Positions 1 through 10,017 are shown, counted from the stretch's first letter. The stretch: DNA of 64,000 nucleotides from Patescibacteria group bacterium (GCA_049319825.1 JBMORT010000009.1:67349-131348); one strand, 5' to 3'. Numbers and translations are program-made. The notes: generated from the sequence alone by a model not told the origin.

Positions 1-28
1 ATAATTTCGAAATACTAAACAAATTCCA

Positions 29-391
29 ATGATTCAAATTTCAAATAACAAACAATACGATCTTGAGGATAGAACCTTAAAATTTTCAAAGAGTGTTATT
101 GAATTTACGAAACATTTGCCACGAACAATAGAGAATATTGAAATAATTAAGCAATTGATCAGAGCAGTTTGTTCTGTCGGGGCAAATTATATTGAAGCTA
201 ATGAGGCACTTAGTAAAAAGGATTTTTTGATGAGGATAAAAATAAGCAAAAAGGAAGCGAAAGAAAGCATATATTGGCTTAATTTGATAATTGTGAATAA
301 TGACGCTGATAGAAATTTAAGAATAAAATTAATCAATGAAGCTACGGAATTGATGAAAATACTAGGATCAATTTTAGAAAAGTCAAAATAA
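29..391 (+). CDS. four-helix-bundle protein (former '23S rRNA intervening sequence protein' family)
   Basis: 120 aa; the motif ...RAVCSVGANYIEANE... resembles the RAxxSIxxNIAEG signature of 4HB proteins; a paralog sits at 56330-56710. Confidence 0.65.
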   Translation: MIQISNNKQYDLEDRTLKFSKSVIEFTKHLPRTIENIEIIKQLIRAVCSVGANYIEANEALSKKDFLMRIKISKKEAKESIYWLNLIIVNNDADRNLRIKLINEATELMKILGSILEKSK

Positions 392-468
392 AGCCTATAA
401 AATTGTGATTTCGATATTAGAATTTGTTTAGAGTATAATGCTTCTGATTTAGAGTTTCCAAATTTATT

Positions 469-1164
469 ATGGAAAAAATTCGTTTACAAAAATACTTGGC
501 AGACTGCGGCATAGCATCTCGGCGACAAGCCGAGGTGTTTATTGCGCAGGGAAAAGTCACAGTGAATGGTGAGGTGGTCAGAGCGCTCGGCACGAAAGTC
601 GGGCCCCGAGACAAAGTTGAATTCAAAGGCCATGTTGCCAAGCCTGAACGGAAAAAGGTGTACATCATGCTGAATAAGCCTGTCGGATATTTATCGACCG
701 TCAAAAAAGGAAAAGAAAAAGGAAAGACTGTTTTGGAATTGGTTAAAGGCTCGGCCAGAGTGTTCCCTGTCGGTCGATTGGATAAAGAATCAAGCGGGCT
801 GTTGATTTTAACCAATGATGGTGATCTCGCGCTGAAATTGACACATCCCAGGTATGAAAAAGAAAAAGAATATGAAGTGGCGATCACCAGACCGTTGACT
901 GATGAATTTCTTAAAAAAATGAGAAGCGGAGTAAAAATTGATGGAAAAAAGACTTCTCCGGCCAAAGTCATACCCAGGGGCGTTAAAAAATTTAATATTA
1001 TTTTAAAGGAAGGCCGCAAGCGCCAGATCAGGCGCATGTGCGAAGCGCTCGGCTGCGGCGTGATCAGCCTGCGGAGAATAAGGATAAACAAATTGACTTT
1101 GGGAGACCTGAAAATGGGTAATTGTCGAAATTTAACCGAAAAAGAAGTGAATTTATTAAAATAA
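469..1164 (+). CDS. rRNA pseudouridine synthase (RsuA/RluB family) with N-terminal S4 domain
   Basis: S4-like N-terminus (LQKYLADCGIASRRQAE) and catalytic motif VGRLDKESSGLLILTNDG. Confidence 0.85.
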   Translation: MEKIRLQKYLADCGIASRRQAEVFIAQGKVTVNGEVVRALGTKVGPRDKVEFKGHVAKPERKKVYIMLNKPVGYLSTVKKGKEKGKTVLELVKGSARVFPVGRLDKESSGLLILTNDGDLALKLTHPRYEKEKEYEVAITRPLTDEFLKKMRSGVKIDGKKTSPAKVIPRGVKKFNIILKEGRKRQIRRMCEALGCGVISLRRIRINKLTLGDLKMGNCRNLTEKEVNLLK

Positions 1165-1256
1165 GGGTTGCCCTCATGATTATACGTGATTTTTTAATGT
1201 TAATAAAAATTTTTCTTTTTGTGTTATAATGAGTGTAGAAATAAAAATAAAAATTC

Positions 1257-2645
1257 ATGTTGTACAAGTCATGCGGAGCGGCGCGTGAAGTGACCGGCTC
1301 ACGTCATTTATTTGAAATCGGCGGTAAAAAGATACTGTTTGATTGCGGTTTTTTCCAGGGAGGGAATACTCACGAGTCCGAGGAAAAGAATCGAAATTTT
1401 TTGTTTGATCCAAAGGAAGTGACCGCGCTGGTATTAAGCCACGCGCACATAGATCACGCCGGCAACATACCTCGTTTGGTCAAAAGAGGCTTTAGAGGCG
1501 CGATTCACTGCACGTCGATAACGAAAGAATTGATGGAGTTGTTGCTTTTGGATTCGGCGAAGATACAAAAGCAGGATGCCGATCATATTTACAGACATCA
1601 ACATCGAAAAGTCGAGCCGCTGTATGACGAATCCGACGTCCGTCAGGCGATGAAGCAGGTTGAAATTCATGAATATAACGAAAAATTTGAAATTTCCGGC
1701 GGGTGCCGGATCGAATTCATCGAAGCCGGACACGTGCTCGGATCCGCCATAACTTTGGCGGAATTCCGTGAACCCGGAAAGGAAATAAAATTAATTTACA
1801 CGGGAGATTTGGGCAGACGGGGCATGCCGATTTTAAATGATCCGGCTTTGCCCGGACCAGCCGACGTGCTGATCACGGAATCGACATACGGCAGTCATCT
1901 GCATGAATCCATCAATCAGGCGAAAGACGAGCTGAATTGGATCATCAATGATGTCATCGGTCGCGGAGGAAAAATAATCGTGCCCGGATTCTCACTGGAG
2001 CGGACGCAGGAATTGGTATACCTGCTCAATCAGCTTTATGAGGAGCGAAAAATTCCCAAAGTGCCGGTTTACGTCGATAGTCCTCTTTCCACCAAAATTT
2101 CTCAAATATTCATCAAACATCCGGAGGCCTATGACAAAGAAACCGCTCAGTTATTTTTAAATAAAAGAAAAAGCCCTTTTTATTTCGAGGGGTTGCATTA
2201 TATCGTGGATAAAGCCGAATCGATGGCCCTTAATTCATTGAAGCATTCGGCAATTATCATCTCGGCATCCGGCATGTGTCAGGCGGGTCGAATTCAGCAT
2301 CATTTAAAATTTAATGTCAGTGATTCGAAAAATCTGATTTTGGTGGTCGGCTACATGGCTCGGGGAACTTTGGGACGCGCGTTGGTGGAAAAAGAAAGAA
2401 CCGTCACCATTTTGGGAGAAAAATATCCGCTGCGCGCGGAGGTGGTGGTGCTGAACTCATTTTCCGCGCACGCGGACAAGCACGAATTGTTGGAATTTGC
2501 CAGAAACATCAAAGGCTTGAGGAAGATATTTTGTGTCCACGGTGAAGAAACCGAAAGCTTGGTGCTGCGCGATAATTTATACAATATCAACCGATTTGCC
2601 GGCAAAGTGGAAGTGCCCGTGCTGGGGCAGGAATTTTATTTATAA
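1257..2645 (+). CDS. MBL-fold beta-CASP RNA-metabolising nuclease
   Basis: HxHxDH motif (LSHAHIDHAGNIP); 462 aa; CPSF/RNase J-like architecture. Confidence 0.8.
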   Translation: MLYKSCGAAREVTGSRHLFEIGGKKILFDCGFFQGGNTHESEEKNRNFLFDPKEVTALVLSHAHIDHAGNIPRLVKRGFRGAIHCTSITKELMELLLLDSAKIQKQDADHIYRHQHRKVEPLYDESDVRQAMKQVEIHEYNEKFEISGGCRIEFIEAGHVLGSAITLAEFREPGKEIKLIYTGDLGRRGMPILNDPALPGPADVLITESTYGSHLHESINQAKDELNWIINDVIGRGGKIIVPGFSLERTQELVYLLNQLYEERKIPKVPVYVDSPLSTKISQIFIKHPEAYDKETAQLFLNKRKSPFYFEGLHYIVDKAESMALNSLKHSAIIISASGMCQAGRIQHHLKFNVSDSKNLILVVGYMARGTLGRALVEKERTVTILGEKYPLRAEVVVLNSFSAHADKHELLEFARNIKGLRKIFCVHGEETESLVLRDNLYNINRFAGKVEVPVLGQEFYL

Positions 2646-2689
2646 TCGAAAGAGATTACGGATAAATTAAAATTTTTAATCCAAATTTC

Positions 2690-3625
2690 ATGAATCACAT
2701 TGATAAGATGTATAAAAAAATAGTTAACATCGAAATTCAAGGCGCCACTAACGTATGTGAAGCGGTTTTAATGACATTGAAAAAGATCGCCGCTGACCGA
2801 AAAGCCAAAGACGCGCGCGCGTTGATTAAAAAGCTGCATCAGGCAGGCCATTATTTGATCCGTGCGCGCGCGACAGAGCCGATGGCGGTCAACGCCGTCA
2901 GATTCATCGACTTTCATCTCGATCGCCATAGGGATTTGTCTGTGGCGAAACTTCGAGTGTTAATCAGTCGCGCCATCGGCAGTTTTTTATTCGATCTTTC
3001 AAATAACCGAAAAATTATCGCCGATCAAGGCGACGGATTAATACGGCGGGGCGATAATATCTTTACTCATTGTCACTCTTCGACAGTCATTGATATATTA
3101 AAACACGCCCATAAGAGCAAAAAAAAGATTCGAGTTTTCAATACGGAAACCCGGCCGCTTTTTCAGGGCCGGACGACTTCCAAGGATTTGGTAAAAGCCG
3201 GAATATCCAATACGCAGGTTGTTGATTCCGCCGGTCCGTTTTTTGTCAGCAACTTCAGCACAGGATATAACATGGATATTTTGATTTTGGGTTGCGATGC
3301 CATATCGCGTAGCGGAGATGCGGTCAATAAAATCGGATCGTTTGGATTGGCATTGGCCGCTCGGCAGTCGAACATACCGCTTTATGTCGCCACTCAATCT
3401 CTTAAGCTGGATGTGGGAGCGGCGCATTTGGAAAATTTGGAATTGGAAAAAAGGATGGCTCGAGAGGTCTGGCCGACCGCGCCCGAAGGGCTGAAAATCG
3501 TCAATTATGCCTTTGACATCATCCCGGCCGCTTACATTTCCGGTTATATTACCGAGCTGGGAATCATCCGTCCCCGGTATTTGGCGAAAAGGGTTTTCAA
3601 GAAATATAAATTTTTAAAATTATGA
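2690..3625 (+). CDS. ribose-1,5-bisphosphate isomerase (eIF-2B alpha/beta/delta-like, e2b2)
   Basis: eIF-2B-like fold by sequence; placement next to RuBisCO and AMP phosphorylase. Confidence 0.7.
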   Translation: MNHIDKMYKKIVNIEIQGATNVCEAVLMTLKKIAADRKAKDARALIKKLHQAGHYLIRARATEPMAVNAVRFIDFHLDRHRDLSVAKLRVLISRAIGSFLFDLSNNRKIIADQGDGLIRRGDNIFTHCHSSTVIDILKHAHKSKKKIRVFNTETRPLFQGRTTSKDLVKAGISNTQVVDSAGPFFVSNFSTGYNMDILILGCDAISRSGDAVNKIGSFGLALAARQSNIPLYVATQSLKLDVGAAHLENLELEKRMAREVWPTAPEGLKIVNYAFDIIPAAYISGYITELGIIRPRYLAKRVFKKYKFLKL

Positions 3626-4050
3626 TCAAATTAATAATCTGGGATTTGATCGGGGTGGTTTATCAAAATGCTCACATCGATGAAAAAGCCAAGATCATAA
3701 CCAACGATGTTTCCAAAATGGGCATAAAAAATTGTACGATCAGCAACACCATTCCCGATTTGATAAAGGAAGTGTCAAAAGTGTTGGGCATGAATCCGGC
3801 GATATCCACCGTCGAAACGGGATTGAGCAAGCGTGACCGGGAAACTTATGAATATTTGCTCAAAGAAGCCGGAGTTTTAGCATCGGAAACATTAATGATT
3901 GATGATCATAAAAAAAATTTGCACGCGGCAAAAGAACTTGGAATTATCACGGTGTTTTTCGGCGAAGGCTGGCCACGGGAATTGGGAGTGGATTACGCGA
4001 TAAAAAAATTGGATGATTTGATCGATATTTTAAATAAATTAAATACATAA
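3622..4050 (+). CDS. HAD-superfamily hydrolase
   Basis: N-terminal IIWDLIGVV (DxD-like motif I) and C-terminal LMIDDHKKN (motif IV); overlaps the upstream stop (ATGA). Confidence 0.5.
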   Translation: MIKLIIWDLIGVVYQNAHIDEKAKIITNDVSKMGIKNCTISNTIPDLIKEVSKVLGMNPAISTVETGLSKRDRETYEYLLKEAGVLASETLMIDDHKKNLHAAKELGIITVFFGEGWPRELGVDYAIKKLDDLIDILNKLNT

Positions 4051-4072
4051 GAAAAATGAAAAAGTGCCATAA

Positions 4073-5374
4073 ATGTTTTTTTCTTCTTCATTATTTCTTT
4101 TAGATCACCTTATGCCATCAGTCAAATTCGTTGAAATCGGCTATAAACCTAAATATGACAGAGAATTAATCGCCACTTTTTATCTTGAGCCCAATAAAAT
4201 CAGGTTTCAGGAAGCGGCCGACGCTGTGGCCGGCGAAAGTTCCATCGGATCATGGACCGAATTGAAAACTCTAAACCCGAAGCTGGCCCAGCGGTTAAAA
4301 GCTCGAGTTTTTTTTATCAACGAAAAGAAGAAAATCATCAAAATCGCTTACCCGATGGATCTTTTTGAGCGAGGCAGCATACCGCAAATTTTGTCGAGCA
4401 TCGGTGGCAATATTTACGGCATGAAGGCCATAAAAAATTTGCGTTGGTTGGATATTGAATTTCCGAAAAAATACATTGATTCATTCCAGGGTCCGGCTTT
4501 AGGTATCGAGGGCATCAGAAAAATCACCAAAATTAAAAATCGCGTCATTTTGGGAAGTATCATCAAACCCAAAGTTGGGTTGACCGCTTTGCAGCAGGCA
4601 AAGTTGTCGGCGACAGTTTGGCTTAACGGCATTGATTTGATCAAGGACGACGAGAATTTGACCAGCATGTCGTTCAATCGTTTTGAAGATCGCGTTAAAA
4701 AAGTTTTCGAATGGAAAAAACGCGTGGAAAAGGAAACAGGCTGTCCCAAGATATACGCTTGCAACATCACCGCGACGCCCGATGAAATGATCAGGCGCGC
4801 CAAATTGGTTAAGAAATACGGCGGACGCTGCGTCATGGTTGATTTGGTCTCGGTCGGGCTGGACAATGTTCAATATTTGCGAAAGCAGAAGCTCGGTTTG
4901 ATTATCCACGGTCATCGAGCGGGCCATGCCATGTTCACCAGATATAAAAAGCATGGCATGAGCATGCTGGTTTTGGCGAAATTGTCACGATTGGCCGGCA
5001 TTGATCAGCTGCATACCGGGACGGTGGTCGGGAAAATGGTGGGCAGCGGCGAAGAGGTGGTGACCGTTAACAATTTGCTTAAAGAAGACTGGAGCATATA
5101 TAATGCCGTTCGAGAAGATTGGAGCAAGATGAAACCGGTGATGCCGATCGCTTCCGGCGGCCTTCATCCCGGATTAATGCCTAAGTTGGTGGAGATTTTG
5201 GGCAGTGATTTGATCGTGAATTTTGGCGCAGGCATTCACGGCCACCCCGACGGCTCAGCTGCCGGCGCCAGAGCCTGCCGCCAGGCGGCAGAGGCGATTT
5301 TTAAAGGCGTTGATTTACGGGAATATGCTAAAAATCATGAAGAATTGAATAGAGCGCTGCAATTCTGGGGATAA
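4073..5374 (+). CDS. rbcL: RuBisCO large subunit, form II/III-like
   Basis: KPKVGL (carbamylated Lys), GIDLIKDDEN, IHGHRAGHA and SGGLHPG motifs; the real start may be the Met at 4112. Confidence 0.9.
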   Translation: MFFSSSLFLLDHLMPSVKFVEIGYKPKYDRELIATFYLEPNKIRFQEAADAVAGESSIGSWTELKTLNPKLAQRLKARVFFINEKKKIIKIAYPMDLFERGSIPQILSSIGGNIYGMKAIKNLRWLDIEFPKKYIDSFQGPALGIEGIRKITKIKNRVILGSIIKPKVGLTALQQAKLSATVWLNGIDLIKDDENLTSMSFNRFEDRVKKVFEWKKRVEKETGCPKIYACNITATPDEMIRRAKLVKKYGGRCVMVDLVSVGLDNVQYLRKQKLGLIIHGHRAGHAMFTRYKKHGMSMLVLAKLSRLAGIDQLHTGTVVGKMVGSGEEVVTVNNLLKEDWSIYNAVREDWSKMKPVMPIASGGLHPGLMPKLVEILGSDLIVNFGAGIHGHPDGSAAGARACRQAAEAIFKGVDLREYAKNHEELNRALQFWG

Positions 5375-5495
5375 TGAGGACACGGATTACCACGAAGCGG
5401 TCACTTGATGCCCAGATCATCGTACAAGATGTGCAATGTAATTTTTGAGGAAGTAATTTATGCACGCGGTATCATGTAATCTGCTAACATAAAAT

Positions 5496-6995
5496 ATGGC
5501 TTTTTATTTAAAATGCAAAAAATTGGATTTTTCCACCGGTGATAAATTGGTTGTCGTCATCAACGAGGATGAAGCCGATTCTTACGGCATATATCCGGGC
5601 GATCGCCTGCAGCTGGTTTGGAGCAAAACCAAAAAAGTGATCGCCACCGCCGACACCTCCAATACCAAGGTCAAGCCGGGCGAAATCGGTTTGTTTCAGG
5701 AGGTTTGGAAAAAGCACGCGGTCGAGCAGGCGGACATTGTCGAAGTCAGCATCATGAGCCGCCCCCTGTCTATCGAGACGATCAGGAAGAAGTTATTGGG
5801 TCAACCGGCCACATACCAAGAAATTCACGCGGTAATCAAAGACATTGTTGACGGCACTTTGGGTTCGATCGAAACAACGTATTATGCCGCCTCGAGTTTC
5901 GTGAAAGATTATTCTTTGGACGAGCTTTATTACGTCACCAAAGCAATGGCGGATACGGGAGAGAAGATGAATCTCAATGTCGAAGTGGTTGATAAACATT
6001 CGGTCGGCGGCTTGGCCGGGAATCGGGTCACTCCACTGGTGGTTTCCATTATCGCTTCACTCGGACTTTATATACCCAAAACTTCATCCAGAGCGATTAC
6101 TTCGCCGGCGGGCACCGCCGATACCATGGAAGTGATTTGTCCGGTGTCTTTTTCCATGAATGAGATACGCAAAATTGTTAAAAAAACGAAAGCATGCTTG
6201 GTTTGGGGCGGGGGATTAAGTTTGGCGCCGGCTGATGATAAAATCGTCAATGTCTCTCGGCCGCTGGCTTTTGAACCTTATGATAAAATGATTGTCAGTA
6301 TTTTAGCCAAAAAAGTGGCGATGGGAGTCGATTATTTGGTCATCGACATACCCGTCGGTCCGAGTACGAAAGTACCCAGCATGGCCAAAGCCGACATGAT
6401 CGAAAAAAAGTTTGTCGCGCTGGGCAAGCGATTCGGCATGAAAATCAAAGCGGTAAAGACTAAAGCGATGGAACCTATCGGCCGGGGAATCGGTCCGGCA
6501 TTGGAAGCGCGGGACATTTTTCGAGTGCTACAGCGTCATGAACTGCGACCGCTTGATCTGGAGAGAAAAGCGGTTAAACTGGCTGGCGAGCTGCTGGAGT
6601 TGAAAAAATTCGCGCCCAAAGGTCAAGGCCGGATTTTGGCCATGCAGCAGCTAAAAAGCGGGGATGCTTGGGAAAAAATGAATGAAATAGTTGTCGCGCA
6701 AGGCGGCAACCCCAACCAACATTCCGAGGATTTTACCTCTGGAGCGATCCGCTACGAGATACACGCGAAAAAAACGGGCAAAATAATTGCCGTGGACAGT
6801 AAGGCGATCAATGAAATTTGCATGAACTTGGGTGCTCCCAGCGATAAATTGGCAGGGATTCACTTGCATGCCTTTTATGGACAAAAGATAAAAAAGGGAG
6901 ACAAATTGTTCACTCTATACGCCAGCTCGAACGATCGCCTTAAGCTTGGTTTGATGGCGACTAGCAAGGTGGAAATTTTTAAGATAGGTCGGTAG
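5496..6995 (+). CDS. AMP phosphorylase (thymidine phosphorylase family, DeoA-like)
   Basis: 499 aa; N-terminal AMP-phosphorylase-specific domain followed by the glycosyltransferase fold (SVGGLAGNRVTP, TSSRAITSPAGTADT). Confidence 0.8.
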   Translation: MAFYLKCKKLDFSTGDKLVVVINEDEADSYGIYPGDRLQLVWSKTKKVIATADTSNTKVKPGEIGLFQEVWKKHAVEQADIVEVSIMSRPLSIETIRKKLLGQPATYQEIHAVIKDIVDGTLGSIETTYYAASSFVKDYSLDELYYVTKAMADTGEKMNLNVEVVDKHSVGGLAGNRVTPLVVSIIASLGLYIPKTSSRAITSPAGTADTMEVICPVSFSMNEIRKIVKKTKACLVWGGGLSLAPADDKIVNVSRPLAFEPYDKMIVSILAKKVAMGVDYLVIDIPVGPSTKVPSMAKADMIEKKFVALGKRFGMKIKAVKTKAMEPIGRGIGPALEARDIFRVLQRHELRPLDLERKAVKLAGELLELKKFAPKGQGRILAMQQLKSGDAWEKMNEIVVAQGGNPNQHSEDFTSGAIRYEIHAKKTGKIIAVDSKAINEICMNLGAPSDKLAGIHLHAFYGQKIKKGDKLFTLYASSNDRLKLGLMATSKVEIFKIGR

Positions 6996-7102
6996 CTGAG
7001 TCGTATCGTACCGGATGCGGTTATAATTCCCATGTATCCACTGCTTGCTCTAAACAAAAATTTTTGTTAACATAAAGTCGTTGATAAATAACTCAAAATA
7101 TT

Positions 7103-7801
7103 ATGGAAAAAACAAAAAATAATTTTTGGCTGGGATTCTTCGTGGGATTGGCCGTGGTCAGCGTCGTTTGTTTCGCCGGGCTGCTGGTATTCGTGCTGAG
7201 TCAGGGAGAAGCTGTGAATTTAGCGGAAAAGGTGCAAGCCGCGCCGGAGACTGAACAACCAACGGAAGCGAGCGCCCAACCGGTGCCGGCAGTGACCGCG
7301 GATGATCATCTTAAAGGTTCAGCCGACGCCAAGGTTATTTTGATCGAATATTCCGATTTTGAATGCCCCTATTGCGCCGCGCACGCGCAGACCATCAGCC
7401 AGATCGCTAAAAACTATTCAAAAGACGTCGCCATTGTTTTCCGGCATTTCCCTTTGTCTTTTCATGCCAATGCGCAGAAAGCGGCCGAAGCATCCGAATG
7501 CGCCGCCCGGCAAGGCAAATTTTGGGAAATGCATGATAAGCTGTTTGATCTCAACCAAAAAGGGAACATGGGGATCGCGCAATTCAAGTCAGCCGCTAAA
7601 GAAATTGGTTTGGATACCGGCAAGTTCGATGATTGTCTAGATAGCGGTCAAACCGCCCGGGAAGTGTCGAGCGACATGGCCGGCGGCCAGCAGGCCGGAG
7701 TCAGCGGCACACCCGGCACGTTCGTCAATGGACAGTTGGTGAGCGGCGCCTTGCCCTACGATCAGTTTTCACAGTTTTTGGATCAGCTGTTGGTTAAATA
7801 A
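7103..7801 (+). CDS. DsbA-family thiol:disulfide oxidoreductase, membrane-anchored
   Basis: N-terminal TM helix; thioredoxin CPYC active site (FECPYCAAH). Confidence 0.8.
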   Translation: MEKTKNNFWLGFFVGLAVVSVVCFAGLLVFVLSQGEAVNLAEKVQAAPETEQPTEASAQPVPAVTADDHLKGSADAKVILIEYSDFECPYCAAHAQTISQIAKNYSKDVAIVFRHFPLSFHANAQKAAEASECAARQGKFWEMHDKLFDLNQKGNMGIAQFKSAAKEIGLDTGKFDDCLDSGQTAREVSSDMAGGQQAGVSGTPGTFVNGQLVSGALPYDQFSQFLDQLLVK

Positions 7802-7819
7802 AAAAAACAATATGGAAAG

Positions 7820-7842
7820 CTCGGCATAGCAGCCGAGTTTTT
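7820..7842 (+). terminator. rho-independent terminator
   Basis: ctcggc-atagca-gccgag hairpin followed by T5. Confidence 0.5.
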
Positions 7843-7909
7843 CGGTCTTATTGACTAATAATTTGGTTATGATAATTTTAAAATATGATTTATTCGTCAC
7901 ATTTAATTT

Positions 7910-9358
7910 ATGAGCAGAAAGATTAAAATCGGTGTTATCATTCTTTCCTTATTGTTTGCTTTGGGCTATGACCTGCTTTTCCCTTCGCCGGATTTGGGCA
8001 TTAATTTTGGCGTTTTTATCTTGGCATTTTTGGTCGCCGCCATCTTGCTGAAGTTCTCGATCGACAAAAAAACATCGAATTTATGGTCTTTGTTTTTTTG
8101 CGTGCCGATTTTATGGTACGCGGGATGCGTTGCCGTCTATCAGAGCCTTTTTGTCCATGTGGTGGCGCCGCTGGCCAGTATTTTTCTTTTGATTCTATTT
8201 TTGTTTTGGTTTGGCGTTGAGGATCTGCCGATGAAAAAAGTGAAGAGAATTTTACCGCTGTCGTTGATTTTGTTTGTCGGCAGATTTTTCTCAAAAATCA
8301 GCGCTCCATTTTCAGGAATTTTTAAGCTCGATGCTAAAAAATCCGGCAAGGTGATCGTCGCTTTGATCATATTAGTGCCGTTGCTTTTTATTTTTGGCGC
8401 GCTTTTTATCAGCGCTGATTTAATATTCAGAGAATGGATCAAGCAGCTTTTTGATGCTTCGATAGACGTTCATAACACTTGGCGAGTCGTCAGAACCATC
8501 GGTCTGTTTTTGTTCTTTGGCGGATTGATGTTCGCCTTTATCATGAAAAAAAGATTTCCGCAAAAAATCGAATCGGAAGCCGCGACCAATAAAGAGCCGG
8601 AGCAAATTAAAAGGGATTCGATCATTGCCAACATCATTTTGGGGGTGTTAAATTTATTTTTTCTGTTGTTTATCGTGATTCAGGTGATGTTTCTTTTCGG
8701 TGGCCATGACATCATTAAAAAATACGATATTACTTACGCGGATTACGTCCACCAGGGGTTTTACCAAATGTGCGCCATTGCCGTTTTGGTGTTGATCATC
8801 AGCTATATCATGTTTAGAATGAATCGATCAGAAAAATTCGACACCGTAAAATTATTAAACAGCGTTTTTATCATTCAATCGCTGATCATCGTCAGCTCGG
8901 CGTTAAAAAGATTGTTTTTGTATCAAGAAGCCTACGGTTTGACTCAGTTGAGATTTTTGGTCTGGCATTTCACTCTTTATATTGGATTAATTTTGCTGTC
9001 GTTAGCTTTGATAATTGTTTTCAAAAAGCATTATCGGCTGTTCGTGAAGGTCGGCTTGGTGATCTCGACAATTTATCTGATGTTCATGACCGGTATCAAT
9101 ATGCAAGCAAGAATCGCCAAAGTCAATATCGATCGGTATTTGTCCGGACAAGATAAAGAAATAGACATGTCTTATTTGTTAAATTTATCCGTGGATATTT
9201 CCGAACAAATGAAGCGTTTAAAGAACGACCAATCTGAATCTGTCAGAGATTATTATCAGCGCTGGCGAGATTCAAAAGACAGACGGGGAAACATCGACAC
9301 CCAATGGCAAAATTACACTTTGACAGAAATAAAATTTTGGCGGGATATCGACCAATAA
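7910..9358 (+). CDS. polytopic integral membrane protein, unknown function
   Basis: 482 aa; about 10 or more hydrophobic helices. Confidence 0.6.
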   Translation: MSRKIKIGVIILSLLFALGYDLLFPSPDLGINFGVFILAFLVAAILLKFSIDKKTSNLWSLFFCVPILWYAGCVAVYQSLFVHVVAPLASIFLLILFLFWFGVEDLPMKKVKRILPLSLILFVGRFFSKISAPFSGIFKLDAKKSGKVIVALIILVPLLFIFGALFISADLIFREWIKQLFDASIDVHNTWRVVRTIGLFLFFGGLMFAFIMKKRFPQKIESEAATNKEPEQIKRDSIIANIILGVLNLFFLLFIVIQVMFLFGGHDIIKKYDITYADYVHQGFYQMCAIAVLVLIISYIMFRMNRSEKFDTVKLLNSVFIIQSLIIVSSALKRLFLYQEAYGLTQLRFLVWHFTLYIGLILLSLALIIVFKKHYRLFVKVGLVISTIYLMFMTGINMQARIAKVNIDRYLSGQDKEIDMSYLLNLSVDISEQMKRLKNDQSESVRDYYQRWRDSKDRRGNIDTQWQNYTLTEIKFWRDIDQ

Positions 9359-9391
9359 CAAAAACCTCGGCATAGCCGGGGTTTTATATAA

Positions 9392-9640
9392 TCAGAAGAT
9401 AGCGAATTTTTTACCCGTGCCCCCGCATTCGAGGCAATCGGGATATGTTTCGACTTCTCCTTGGCCCAAACAGTGGGTACATATTGTTTTTATTTGTGTG
9501 TTACGGCTCGGTGATCCATGATGGAAAATTGATCGTGGGGTCATCTTCTCTCCCTGGCAAAAGGGGCAGATTACTGTTTCCACTATTTTCCCGGTTCCGT
9601 TGCATGTTGGGCAATTTCCGCATTCAACGAGTTGTGTCAC
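9392..9640 (-). CDS. stand-alone DnaJ-type (CR-domain) zinc-finger miniprotein
   Basis: four CxxCxGxG-like repeats (CGNCPTCNGTGK, CPFCQGE, CTHCLGQGE, CLECGGTGK); GTG start 8 nt after an AAGGAGGG RBS. Confidence 0.6.
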   Translation of the reverse strand: MTQLVECGNCPTCNGTGKIVETVICPFCQGEKMTPRSIFHHGSPSRNTQIKTICTHCLGQGEVETYPDCLECGGTGKKFAIF

Positions 9641-9839
9641 CTTCAGCTCCCTCCTTATAGCTGGAACCGTCTACTGCTTGGTCAAGGTAAGTATGATATC
9701 AAAAAAAATATTATTTGTCAAATGCTTGTATGAATTTTAGGCTAATTTTAGAAAAAAAGAAGCGGCTTTTTAAAAATCAATTTATTATTTTGATGGTTAA
9801 TTATTGAGTATATTTATTCATTATTAAATCAGATTCAGC

Positions 9840-9868
9840 TTGATTTTTCCAAGGAAATTTGGTAGAAT
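9840..9868 (+). promoter_or_regulatory. sigma-70-like promoter upstream of tRNA-Ser
   Basis: TTGATT-17 nt-TAGAAT about 60 nt upstream of the tRNA. Confidence 0.4.
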
Positions 9869-9929
9869 AGTTTTCGAATGGTCATTGATTATAAAAAATT
9901 ATTTTTAGAAATAATAGCAAACAAACCAT

Positions 9930-10017
9930 GGAGAGATGGCCGAGTGGTTTAAGGCGCACGCTTGGAGAGCGTGTATGGGGAAACTCATCCAGGGTTCGAA
10001 TCCCTGTCTCTCCGCCA
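9930..10017 (+). tRNA. tRNA-Ser (anticodon GGA)
   Basis: cloverleaf with long variable arm, G73 discriminator, encoded CCA; anticodon loop TTGGAGA. Confidence 0.8.

Noticed and set aside
417-1091. 224-aa minus-strand ORF
   Set aside because: It lies entirely antisense to the well-supported pseudouridine synthase gene (469-1164) and has no motif support. The same reasoning applies to antisense ORFs within RNase (1434-1733), recQ (12968-13510), typA (15020-15457), the sigma/alpha-CTD gene (25235-25974), rpoD (34835-35194) and the cyclase (43402-43752).
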